From an uncultured delta proteobacterium (GTDB taxonomy: Bacteria; Myxococcota_A; Polyangia; Polyangiales; B10-G4), in the NCBI GenBank assembly GCA_963727445.1, contig CAVSGI010000021.1, forward strand, positions 128,001 to 192,000: DNA of 64,000 bases, read 5' to 3'. Within the stretch, counting starts at the first letter, position 1, and every line of letters begins with the position of its first letter. The notes beneath the pieces were generated by a model that was given only the letters and a program-made list of their open reading frames with translations, did not search any database and was not told the origin of the DNA. This document shows, in pieces, positions 9,853 through 20,858 of this stretch. The position numbers were made by a program, and so were the translations under genes.

Positions 9853-10196
9853 CTACCTCAGCTTCGTGGATAGGTCATGGCCGCCGGGACGACAAGCGAC
9901 GACTCAGGGGTGACGTCTATCGGGCTTGTTGGGGTGGGGGACTTCGGGCTTGGTGGGGCGGTCTTCGTCGGGGGACATCGTGAACGTCTAGCCAGCAAGA
10001 TGAGGGCCACCGCCATGCGCCCGCGGACAGACGCTTTTTCGGGCATGGTTTCGGCGCATCCGCGGGAGCCGAGCAAGCGTTGCGCGCGCGCATGTGCACT
10101 CCGCGAGATATTCACGCGTATCCAGGTTTTCACATCGGCTGGGACTCGTTACGCTCGCGCCCCCATTTTCCAACTCCAGGTCGAAGGAGGAGCCGC

Positions 10197-10832
10197 ATGA
10201 AACTCACGAGCGAGAGCTTCGCCGACGGTGAGCGCATCCCACACGAGAATGCGTTCGGTAAGTACGATCCCGAGAGCCACGTCGCGCTCACGGACAACAA
10301 GAACCCGCAGCTCAGCTGGAGCGGCGTGCCCAGCGGGGCCAAGAGCGTGGCGTTGATCTGCGTCGACCCCGACGTTCCCTCGAAGGGCGACGACGTGAAC
10401 AAGGAGGGACGCACGGTCCCGGCCGATCTGCCGCGGGTCGACTTCTACCACTGGGTGCTGATCGATCTCCCCGCCGGTGACGGCGCGATTGCGGAGGGAG
10501 AGCTCTGTGATGGCATCACCGCGCGCGGCAAGGACGAGAAAGCGCCGCGCGGCCGTCGCGGCAAGAACGACTACACGGGTTGGTTCGCCGGCGACGCGGA
10601 CATGAGCGGCGACTACTTCGGCTACGACGGCCCCTGCCCTCCGTGGAACGACGAGATCGTGCACCACTACCAATTCACGGTCTATGCCCTCGACGTCGAG
10701 AAGCTCGACCTGCCCTCGGGCTTCGGCGGCGCGGACGCGCTGAAGGCGATGGAGGGACACATCCTCGATCAGGCGTCCATCACCGGGACCTACGCTATCT
10801 ACCCGGAAGCGAAGGTCACGCACGGGCACTGA
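10197..10832 (+). CDS. YbhB/YbcL (PEBP/RKIP-like) protein
   Basis: AAGGAGGAG RBS before ATG 10197; CVDPDVP, FYHWVL, YDGPCPPWND, HHYQFTVYALD. Confidence 0.9.
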   Translation: MKLTSESFADGERIPHENAFGKYDPESHVALTDNKNPQLSWSGVPSGAKSVALICVDPDVPSKGDDVNKEGRTVPADLPRVDFYHWVLIDLPAGDGAIAEGELCDGITARGKDEKAPRGRRGKNDYTGWFAGDADMSGDYFGYDGPCPPWNDEIVHHYQFTVYALDVEKLDLPSGFGGADALKAMEGHILDQASITGTYAIYPEAKVTHGH

Positions 10833-10849
10833 GCGCCCGAGCGCGGGCT

Positions 10850-11263
10850 TCAGCCTGCGAACATGTCGAAGCGATAGACCTCGTCGGGGGTGATGGGTGC
10901 GGCCGTGACCGCGGGGGCGGGGGCGAGCTCGAGGTCGCCCGGCCGGGCGCACATCCCCCGCGCGCGCCAATGCTCGAGGCCGCGCGCCGACAGGCGCGCC
11001 ACGAGGTCGGCGGGCGCCGAGCCCGGTCCCACCACCCACTTGAAGGGCAACCCCTGCGAGCGGTAGGCGTCGATCACGGCGTCGATGGCGGCTTCGGCGT
11101 CCCGCTCCTCGTGGGTGAAACGCGACACCTCGTTGTATGACCCGTCGGCGAGACCCGGGGTGATCACGTATTCGACGTCGGGCCGCTCCACGAAGCGGGT
11201 CGTGGCGTGTGGCGCGAAACAGCGCAGAGGCGCGGCGTGGATCAGCGCGATACGGTCGTCCAC
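10850..11263 (-). CDS. Hypothetical protein; resembles the N-terminal half of GNAT-fusion proteins, apparently internally deleted
   Basis: NEVSRF...FKWVVGPGSAPADLVARLSARGL pattern; ends abruptly at VYRFDMFAG without an acetyl-CoA motif A. Confidence 0.5.
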   Translation of the reverse strand: MDDRIALIHAAPLRCFAPHATTRFVERPDVEYVITPGLADGSYNEVSRFTHEERDAEAAIDAVIDAYRSQGLPFKWVVGPGSAPADLVARLSARGLEHWRARGMCARPGDLELAPAPAVTAAPITPDEVYRFDMFAG

Positions 11264-11268
11264 GCGGG

Positions 11269-13209
11269 TCAGCGGCGGCGCCGCCTGCGGCGTCCGAAGA
11301 GGAAGAGCGCCACCAGGAGCGCGTCGAGCGCTTCGCCGATCGGCGGGCGTCCGGACAGCGTGCGACAGCCGCAGCCACCTTCGTCGTCGCTGGGTCCGCC
11401 GGCGTCACCGGCGTCGCCGCCAGCGTCCGCACTCCCGCTGTCCATCACGGTGCCGTCGGGGATGCAGGTGCCGCCCGAGCAGCGCATGCCGGCGCCGCAG
11501 TCCACACCCGCGCAGGGATCGGGGACGCACGCGCCGTCACGGCAGATCTGGCCCGTCATGCAGGTGACGCCGTCGCATGGCTCGAAGCAGTCGCCCCCGC
11601 GGCACACCAGGCCCGTCGGGCAGATGATGCGCGAGCAGAGGTCGGCGACGCAGGATCCGTCCATGCACACCTGACCGAAGGGACAGGTGACGCCATCACA
11701 GGGGTCGACGCAGGAGCCGCCCACGCAGACCTCGGTCGCGGCGCAGGTCGCGGTCTCGCAGCCGGGATCGACGCACTCGCCGTAGGTGGGCGAGGTGTCG
11801 CGGGTGTCGCAGGCCTCGTCTGTGGGGCAGAGCGGCGCCGCGAGCTCGTCGCAGTCGCAGGACGGGCCGCACACGGTGAGGGCCGCTGGATCGTCCGCCA
11901 CGCAGACTTGATTGGCTGGGCAGACGACGCCCGCGCAGGGATCGACGCAGGATCCATCGATGCAGAGCTGGCCCACGGGACACACGACGCCGTCGCAGGG
12001 TTCGACGCACTCGCCGCCACGGCAGAGGGTGCCGCTCGGACAGGGATCGCTGCGCATGGTGCACGCGGTGTCGAAGCATGCGCCGCTCACGCAATCGAAG
12101 CCCTCCGCGCAGCCGCCCTCGAAGCACTGCGGGACGCAGAGGCCGGTGGCGTCGTCGCAGACGGTGCCCATCGGACAGTCCGCCATCGGCTGGCAGTCGT
12201 AGTCCATGGTCGCGTTGCAGGGCTCGAAGGCGCCGGGGTGCACCATGGGGTCGGCGTCGTTACAGTCGCCGCCGCCGCAGGCCGCGTCCCGATGGCCGTC
12301 CATGTCGGCGTCGACGCAGATGCCGGTGTCGTCCTCGTTGAGGCCGGCGACGGCGTCGAGCTCGTCGTCGGAGCTGTGGTAGACGCACTCGGGCCCCGGG
12401 TTGCCGTGGTTGCCGGCCTGGATGGCGACGTAGCGGAAGCTGATGCCGCAGGGCAGGGCCCACACGGTGGCGAGGGCGTCGGCGATGGCGTCGCCGCCGG
12501 AGGTGTCGCGCAGGTAGGTGTCGAGATCGGTGCGCGTCCGGTCGGCCGAGGTCGCCGCTGCGTTCCGCGTCCAGCCCTCGGTGAAGGCCCGGATGAGGAG
12601 CGCCTCGTTCCACAGGCGCGGGTCGGGCGCGTCGGCGGGAGCGATCGCCGTCGCGGCCGGATCGTTCGAGAGCCACACCGTGTACTCGAAGGCCTCGCAG
12701 GGCAGAGGATCGTGGTCGGTGATCGGGAAGAGGACGACGCGGTTGGCTTCGCCGCCGAGGTCGTAGATGCGCGCGCGGTAGGGCTCGTAGTAGTCGGGGG
12801 AGCCATCCGGGAGCGCGGTGCCGGCCGGGTCGGTGCGAAGGACCTGCGTCCAGTACCAGTCGAGGTCGTTGGCCTGGAAGCTCGGGTCGCGGCCGCCGGG
12901 CGGCATGCAGCCAGCGTCGCTGATGGAGCAGCAGGTGTAGCCGCTGAGGATCAGCGGATTGTAGGTCTGTCCGATGCAGCCGTTCACGCCCCCGAGGAGC
13001 GTCGCGAAGGTGAGCTCTGGCGCGTAGCGCCCGTCGCTGGTCTGAAAGATGTCCTCGACCACACCGTCGGTTCGTGCCGAGCGAATCACGTTCAGGCACA
13101 TGTCGCCGCTGGTGTCCACGCAGGAGGCCTGCGCGAAGGCGCGCGAAGGCGCGGTCGCATGGGCGAAGGAGACCAGGGCGACCAGGGCGAGCAGAAGGGA
13201 GCGGGGCAT
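11269..13209 (-). CDS. Cys-rich secreted protein with MYXO-CTERM-type sorting tail
   Basis: Signal peptide; DADMDG..DCND...PGAFEPCN (MopE-like repeat); many CxGVxCxxGxxCxxGxC repeats; C-terminal GGCGC-hydrophobic-RRRRRRR. Confidence 0.85.
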   Translation of the reverse strand: MPRSLLLALVALVSFAHATAPSRAFAQASCVDTSGDMCLNVIRSARTDGVVEDIFQTSDGRYAPELTFATLLGGVNGCIGQTYNPLILSGYTCCSISDAGCMPPGGRDPSFQANDLDWYWTQVLRTDPAGTALPDGSPDYYEPYRARIYDLGGEANRVVLFPITDHDPLPCEAFEYTVWLSNDPAATAIAPADAPDPRLWNEALLIRAFTEGWTRNAAATSADRTRTDLDTYLRDTSGGDAIADALATVWALPCGISFRYVAIQAGNHGNPGPECVYHSSDDELDAVAGLNEDDTGICVDADMDGHRDAACGGGDCNDADPMVHPGAFEPCNATMDYDCQPMADCPMGTVCDDATGLCVPQCFEGGCAEGFDCVSGACFDTACTMRSDPCPSGTLCRGGECVEPCDGVVCPVGQLCIDGSCVDPCAGVVCPANQVCVADDPAALTVCGPSCDCDELAAPLCPTDEACDTRDTSPTYGECVDPGCETATCAATEVCVGGSCVDPCDGVTCPFGQVCMDGSCVADLCSRIICPTGLVCRGGDCFEPCDGVTCMTGQICRDGACVPDPCAGVDCGAGMRCSGGTCIPDGTVMDSGSADAGGDAGDAGGPSDDEGGCGCRTLSGRPPIGEALDALLVALFLFGRRRRRRR

Positions 13210-13371
13210 CGGCGGTACCTCTCTGCCATCCTACCGCGACAGGAGGAAAGAGGGGCCAGGCGCCGTCATTCACGCCACGAATGGGATTGCGGCAGCGCTG
13301 CCCTTTGCGGAATATCGGTGCGCATCCTCGCGTGAGAAGCGCGCGAATCGATCGAACGGGGTGAGGCAACG

Positions 13372-14238
13372 ATGTGTCCGTGGAGCACCAGGAGGAGGGC
13401 CGTCGCGCTGTCGAGCGTGCTCGTGATGATCGTGCTCGCTGCGTGCAACGAGGCACATCAGGCGACGCCGGCGGCGAGTCATGGCCCCTCCGCGTCCGGG
13501 GGACAGGCGCAGTCGGCGGAGGACCCGGCGCCAGGAGACGATCGGGAGGGATCCCCTCGAGCGAGTGGCGAGGAGGCCGGCGAGGAGAGCACGGAGGGGG
13601 GAGCGGACGACGTGACCGTGGCGCATCCGGGAGAGGTCGATCTCCTCCACGCGGGGCCGGCGGCCACGGTGGCGGTGTCGTCGGTCTACAACGGAGATCG
13701 CGCGTTGGTCGGGCGGCTCGTCGATGAAGACCTCGAGACCGCTTGGAGCGCGGCCGCAGGCGAGCGCGAGGGCTCGTTCATCGAGGTGGAGGTCATCATC
13801 AGCATGCGGGTCACGGCGGTCGCTCTGACGGCGGGATACACCAAGGTCGGGGCGGAGGGAGATTTCTTCACCGCCAACCACCGCGTCGCCCACGTGCGCA
13901 TCACCCACGGCGGGGTCGTGGTGGGTGGCGGCGATCTCGACCTCGACGATCGCGGGCTTCAGCGGTTCGAGCTGAGCCCCGGCCTGCGCGGTGGCACCTA
14001 CCGCATCGAGCTCACGCGGCTCGTTCCGGGATCTCACCCCGGGTGGCAGGAGGCGTGCGTGTCGGAGCTGCAGGTGCTCGGCGATCCGGGCGACGCGCGT
14101 TTCGGGCCCGGACGGCCGATGACTCGGGTCGGTCCGATCGACGCGGGTCGGCGCCGTCCCCGAACGGACGCCGACGAAGCCGTCGAAGAGGCGTCGATTC
14201 GCGCCACGCGAGAGGACGCCTTCGACAGCGACTACTGA
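13372..14238 (+). CDS. Lipoprotein with discoidin/galactose-binding-like domain
   Basis: Lipobox LAA-C; AVSS...LVDEDLETAW...GYTK...NHRV..CVSEL pattern. Confidence 0.65.
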   Translation: MCPWSTRRRAVALSSVLVMIVLAACNEAHQATPAASHGPSASGGQAQSAEDPAPGDDREGSPRASGEEAGEESTEGGADDVTVAHPGEVDLLHAGPAATVAVSSVYNGDRALVGRLVDEDLETAWSAAAGEREGSFIEVEVIISMRVTAVALTAGYTKVGAEGDFFTANHRVAHVRITHGGVVVGGGDLDLDDRGLQRFELSPGLRGGTYRIELTRLVPGSHPGWQEACVSELQVLGDPGDARFGPGRPMTRVGPIDAGRRRPRTDADEAVEEASIRATREDAFDSDY

Positions 14239-14257
14239 CCGCGTCGGCCCAGAGCGC

Positions 14258-16159
<1,902 letters not shown>

Positions 16160-16273
16160 ATAGGACCTGAGCCTTTGTACAGGGGTGAGATCGGAGGGGC
16201 AAGCGTTCATGGCGGTGTTATCGCGGTGGAAAGGGGCTCGGTTGCGTTCGAGGGGCGTGCTAACTCGGAGTCG

Positions 16274-17428
16274 ATGCATCTGCGCCTCGAGCGACGCGCC
16301 CCATGTCCGCCGGCGGTGGCCTTCGCGCTCCTGACGGAGCCCGACGCCATGAACCGGTGGTCGACGGCGAAGATCCATCTCGCGTCGGCGGGGGACGGCG
16401 GCCATCCGGCGGGCGTGGGAGCGCTGCGGAGGGTGGACCTGCCCGGTCTCGGTGGGCGCCTCCACGAGGTGGTGGCCGAGAGCGAGCCGCCGCATCGCTT
16501 CGTCTACCGCGTTTATCGCGGGCCCGGCATCCGCGCTCACCGCGGCGAGATGACCGTCGCCCAGACGAAAGAGGGCTCCTTTTTGACCTGGGAGGTGCGG
16601 GCCGATTTCGTGGCGCCCTTCGCGGGGATCGTCGCCAAGCAGATGCTCACGCGCGAGCTCGGCCGAAGCCTCGACACACTCGTCACCCTCGCGCCGTCGG
16701 GGGGGCCTTCACTGCTCCGCGCTCCGCCCGCGCGCGAACTCGACGAGACGCAGGCGCTGCCCGCGCTCTACGAGGAGGCGGAGCGTGTCCTCGAGGAGCA
16801 GCGGGCGCTCGCCGACGAGCTCCTCGCGGCGCGCGACCCTCGCGGCTGGTTCACGCGCTCCTATCAGCACGTGACGACGCTGCAGCTTCGCGAGTGCCGG
16901 CGCGGGCGTTTCCTTCATCCGGCGTGGGTGCTGAGGCTGGTGCCGGTCTTCCATCGCTATTACATGGACAGCCTCGGGCCGAGCCTGGGGCGCGGCGAGG
17001 GCGTGGTGGAAGACCACTGGCGCGAGGCCTTCGGGCGGATGCAGCGCGGCAAGGTGCGGCGGAGCACGCGCTATCAGGCCATGGCCCGCTGCACCCTCTA
17101 CGGGATGATCGCCCACATCGAGGAGGACCTGCCGCGCGCGCTCGCCGAGGTGTACCTCGCGCACTATCGCGGGCGCTGCGACTACGTCCGCTTCCGCGCC
17201 GACTACCTGGCGATGGAGCCGATCTTTCGCGAGGCGGGGGAGCGCTTGCTCCATGGCGAGCTGTCGCGGTGGCAGATCCCGCCGCCGACGCAGGTGCTGA
17301 TGGAGCTGCCGGTCGAGCTCCGCGCGGCGGTGATGGACCGCAAGCTCTACGACATCCCGAGAAATCGCGTGCGCGCGTTCGGGCGGGGTGAGCGGATGGT
17401 GCGCCTGGCAGAAGGAGCCGCCGCGTGA
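16274..17428 (+). CDS. SRPBCC-domain + DUF5995-like fusion protein
   Basis: N-terminal SRPBCC-like (GVGALRRV..EVVAESEPPHRFVYRV); C-terminal GWFTRSY..F...WV.RL...F...Y, GMIAHIEEDLPRAL; overlaps rlmKL start (GTGA). Confidence 0.65.
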   Translation: MHLRLERRAPCPPAVAFALLTEPDAMNRWSTAKIHLASAGDGGHPAGVGALRRVDLPGLGGRLHEVVAESEPPHRFVYRVYRGPGIRAHRGEMTVAQTKEGSFLTWEVRADFVAPFAGIVAKQMLTRELGRSLDTLVTLAPSGGPSLLRAPPARELDETQALPALYEEAERVLEEQRALADELLAARDPRGWFTRSYQHVTTLQLRECRRGRFLHPAWVLRLVPVFHRYYMDSLGPSLGRGEGVVEDHWREAFGRMQRGKVRRSTRYQAMARCTLYGMIAHIEEDLPRALAEVYLAHYRGRCDYVRFRADYLAMEPIFREAGERLLHGELSRWQIPPPTQVLMELPVELRAAVMDRKLYDIPRNRVRAFGRGERMVRLAEGAAA

Positions 17429-19545
17429 CGCACGCTTTCTTCGCGACGGTCGCGCGCGGAGTGGAGGACGTCCTCGCCGAGGAACTCACGGAGCTCAAGC
17501 TGTCGGGGGTGGTGCAGCAGACGGGCGGCGTGAAGTTCTCGGGCGCGCTCTCGGATGCGTACCGCGCCTGTGCCGGATCGCGCGTGGCGAGCCGGGTGCT
17601 GCTTCAGCTGAAGAGCTTCGAAGCGGCGGATGCGGAGGCGCTGTATGCGGGTGCGCGCGCCATTCGGTGGGGGGAACACCTCGGGCCGGAGACCACCTTC
17701 GCGGTGTCGACGGCGGGCAGGGGCCCGGCGGGGCCCGGCAAGTTCGTGAGCTTGAAGGTCAAGGACGCGATCGTGGATGCGGTGCGCGACGCGGAGGGGA
17801 CACGCCCCGACGTCGACAAGACGTCGCCGGGCGTTCGGGTGCACGTGCATCTGGCGGGGAGCCGGGTGACGCTGAGCATCGACCTTTCGGGAGAGGCGTT
17901 GCATCGCCGCGGGGTGGGGCGCACCGGTGGGGCAGCGCCTTTGAAGGAGAACCTGGCGGCGGCGCTTCTGCGGATGGCTGGATGGCATCGGCGCGGGGAG
18001 GGAGAGCGCCTGCTGGTGGACCCGATGTGTGGCTCCGGGACCTTCCTGCTCGAGGCGGCGTGGATCGCCAGGGACGTTGCGCCGGGGCTCACGCGTGGGC
18101 TCGGCGCGCCGGGGTGGCGCGGGCACGATCGGGACGCGTGGGAGGAGGTGCTGCGCGAGGCGCGGGCACGGCGCGAGGCGGCGCGTGGGCGGGAAGTGGC
18201 GATCTTCGGCTTCGACACCTCGGCAGAGGCCGTGGGGCGGGCGCGCGACAATGCGATGAAGGCGGGCGTTGGCGACGTGGTGCGGGTGGAGCAGCGGGCG
18301 CTCGCGGATCTGGAGGCGCCCGAGGGCGGACCGGGGCTCTTCGTCGTCAATCCGCCTTACGGTGCGCGGCTGGGCGAGGCGGGCGAGCTGGGGCCGCTCT
18401 ACGCGCAGCTCGGGGACGTGCTCAAGCGTCGCTTTCCAAGGTGGTCGGCCTGGGTGCTCTCGGGGAACCGCGCGCTCGACAAGCGGATCGGCCTGCGCGC
18501 GGCGTCGAAGCGGGTGGTGATGAACGGGCCCATCGAGTGTCGTTTCCTGGAGCTGCCCATCGGCGACGCGGCGCCGGAGGGGGAGGGGCCCGGGTGGCGG
18601 AAGCCGAGCGCGGAAGCGGCCATGTTCGCAAATCGCCTGCGGAAGAACGGCAAGCGCCTCAGGCGCTGGGCGAAGAAGGAGCGGGTGACCGCGTACCGGC
18701 TCTACGACGCGGACATTCCGGAGTTCAACGTCGCGGTGGATTGGTACGAGGGCGCGGTGCGCGTCGAGGAGTACCGGCGGCCGAAGAAGATCGACGCGGC
18801 GGTGGCGGAGCGACGGCTTCGCGACGTGATGATGGTGGTGCCGGAGGTGCTCGGCGTGGAGCCGGCGGACGTGGTGCTGCGGGTGCGGAGCCGGGGGGAG
18901 CGGCAGGAGGAGCGGCGCGCGGAGACGGGCGCGCTTCGCGAGGTGCACGAGGGGGACCTCGTCTTTGTCGTGAACCTCGAGGACTACCTCGACACCGGGC
19001 TCTTCCTCGACGACCGGCTGATCCGGCGCCGCGTCCGCGACGGCGCATCGGGCAAGCGCTTCTTGAACCTCTTCAGCTACACCTGCGCCCCATCGGTCGC
19101 CGCGGCCGCGGGCGGCGCAGAGACCACGACCTCGGTCGATCTCTCGAAGCGCTATCTCGAGTGGGGGCGCCGCAACTTCGACGCGAACGGCCTCGCCGGG
19201 GGCGCTCATCGCTTCGTCCGCGCCGATGCGCTCGTCTGGCTCCGCGACGCCATCCACGGCCGCGACCGCTGGGATCGCATCCTCCTCGCGCCCCCGACTT
19301 TCTCGCGCAGCAAGTCCATGAAGGACGACTTCGACATCCAACGCGACCACGTCCGCCTCATCCGCGACGCCGCCGCTCTCCTCGCCCCCGGCGGCGAGCT
19401 CCTCTTCACCACCAACCTCCGCACCTTCACCCTCGACACCGACCGCCTCGAAGGCCTCCACCCCCAAGACCTCACCCACCCCCTCACCCCCGAAGACTTC
19501 CGCAAGTCCCCCCGCTTCCAAGCCTTCCTCCTAGCTCGCCCCTAA
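17425..19545 (+). CDS. rlmKL: Bifunctional 23S rRNA m2G2445/m7G2069 methyltransferase RlmKL
   Basis: THUMP region, APLKENLAAA, DPMCGSGT, NPPYG, MFANRLRKN, YLDTGLFLD, FLNLFSYT. Confidence 0.93.
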   Translation: MTHAFFATVARGVEDVLAEELTELKLSGVVQQTGGVKFSGALSDAYRACAGSRVASRVLLQLKSFEAADAEALYAGARAIRWGEHLGPETTFAVSTAGRGPAGPGKFVSLKVKDAIVDAVRDAEGTRPDVDKTSPGVRVHVHLAGSRVTLSIDLSGEALHRRGVGRTGGAAPLKENLAAALLRMAGWHRRGEGERLLVDPMCGSGTFLLEAAWIARDVAPGLTRGLGAPGWRGHDRDAWEEVLREARARREAARGREVAIFGFDTSAEAVGRARDNAMKAGVGDVVRVEQRALADLEAPEGGPGLFVVNPPYGARLGEAGELGPLYAQLGDVLKRRFPRWSAWVLSGNRALDKRIGLRAASKRVVMNGPIECRFLELPIGDAAPEGEGPGWRKPSAEAAMFANRLRKNGKRLRRWAKKERVTAYRLYDADIPEFNVAVDWYEGAVRVEEYRRPKKIDAAVAERRLRDVMMVVPEVLGVEPADVVLRVRSRGERQEERRAETGALREVHEGDLVFVVNLEDYLDTGLFLDDRLIRRRVRDGASGKRFLNLFSYTCAPSVAAAAGGAETTTSVDLSKRYLEWGRRNFDANGLAGGAHRFVRADALVWLRDAIHGRDRWDRILLAPPTFSRSKSMKDDFDIQRDHVRLIRDAAALLAPGGELLFTTNLRTFTLDTDRLEGLHPQDLTHPLTPEDFRKSPRFQAFLLARP

Positions 19546-19860
19546 GGGGGACGGTCTACACTTTTCAACTCTTGCGGTCGCGGTCTGCCCTTGGGGACGG
19601 TCTGCCCTCGGGGACGGTCTACACTTTTCAACTTTTGCGGGCGCGGGCTGCGTGGTGGAGCCGCCAAGGGGGAGCAAAAGTTGAAAAGTGTAGACCGTCC
19701 CCTTAGTCGGGCTGTTTCAACTTTTGCGGGCGCGGGCTGCGTGGTGGAGCCGCCAAGGGGGAGCAAAAGTTGAAAAGTGTAGACCGTCCCCTTAGTCGGG
19801 CTGCGTGTGGTGGAGCCGCCAAGGGGGAACAAAAGTTGAAAGGTGTAGACCGTCCCCTTA
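19543..19860. repeat. REP/MITE-like cluster of a 29-bp repeat GGGGACGGTCTACACTTTTCAACTTTTGC in both orientations
   Basis: Forward copies at 19547-19575 and 19610-19638; reverse copies at 19674-19702, 19763-19791 and 19829-19857; shared internal spacer gggctgcgtggtggagccgccaaggggg. Confidence 0.92.
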
Positions 19861-20700
19861 GTGCGGCCAGAAGCGGGGGAGGAGCTCAGCGTCTTCGGGG
19901 ACGTGGGAGGCGGGGATCCAGCGCCAGTAGGGGCCTCGGTCGTTGCATACGTCGCGTTGGTCGGGGGCGCAGTAGATGCGGACGTGGAAATGGTCGTCGT
20001 GGCGGGCGACGCCTTCGGGCGGAACCATCGTCCACTCGGCGCGCTCCACGATCTCCGGATCGACGTGCTGCTGCCGCGCCCAACGCACGAGCCGCCGCCG
20101 CAAGCGCGACGAGATGAAGATCATCTGCACAGGCGTCTCGCGATCCGTCACCAGCGCCTCGATGAACGCCCAGTTGCGCGCGAGATCGAAGGTCACCCGC
20201 TTCTCTCCGTCGCCACCGAAGCCCCGGCCGTTGATCCGCACGAAGTGATCCGGTTCGACCGCGTTGCCCTCGTCGTCCACCAGATAGAAGCCCACGTCGA
20301 CGTCGCGCCCGTTCTCGTGCGAGCGATGCCCGACGACGTCACCGCCGCCCTCCTGGCTCAGCTCGCCGATGTTGAGCCGCGCCGGCCCGCGCACCTCGGC
20401 GACCCGCCGCGCGGCCCGCCGCAAGAGTCCGACGAGCCCGGGCGTCCCGAAGTGACGCCCGTCCTCCGCGAAGCGCTCGACGTGATGGACGTAGTCCGAC
20501 TCGTCCAGACGAACGCCCCCCTCGAGATGCCCGCGGTAGACCCAGCCCACCGAGCGAGCCGCCCGCATGTCGGCGGTGCGCACCGGTCCCGCGATGACGT
20601 CCGGCCCCGGTGCGACGGGTTCATCACCGTACGCGGAGGGGGCGGCGAGACCGAGGACGAGGATCGTCACCAAGCTCCAGACCGCCCTCCTCACTCGCAT
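19858..20700 (-). CDS. Penicillin-insensitive murein endopeptidase (MepA/M74-like)
   Basis: Signal peptide; GHRSHENGRDVD and HDDHFHVRI zinc motifs; start may be 20700 or 20709. Confidence 0.85.
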   Translation of the reverse strand: MRVRRAVWSLVTILVLGLAAPSAYGDEPVAPGPDVIAGPVRTADMRAARSVGWVYRGHLEGGVRLDESDYVHHVERFAEDGRHFGTPGLVGLLRRAARRVAEVRGPARLNIGELSQEGGGDVVGHRSHENGRDVDVGFYLVDDEGNAVEPDHFVRINGRGFGGDGEKRVTFDLARNWAFIEALVTDRETPVQMIFISSRLRRRLVRWARQQHVDPEIVERAEWTMVPPEGVARHDDHFHVRIYCAPDQRDVCNDRGPYWRWIPASHVPEDAELLPRFWPH

Positions 20701-20858
20701 CACCCCCATCTTGGCCGGAGCCCGCCGACCGGGCAAGTCCCCGACCAAACTGCGCAATCTCCGAACCCGACCCGCCGACCCCTCCCTTCCACCGCTGCCG
20801 AAGAGGCGCCGGTGTAAGCCCAGGCGCCCCACCGCGTTGTCTCCGCGGAGGTGCGTTG

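Noticed and set aside
9858..10046. Small Pro-rich ORF (MPEKASVRGRMAVALILL...) upstream of the aldehyde dehydrogenase
   Set aside because: No homology or motif support and atypical codon usage; cannot be supported from sequence alone
19543..19860. CRISPR array interpretation of the 29-bp repeats
   Set aside because: Repeats occur in both orientations, the spacers are near-identical rather than unique, and there are no cas genes
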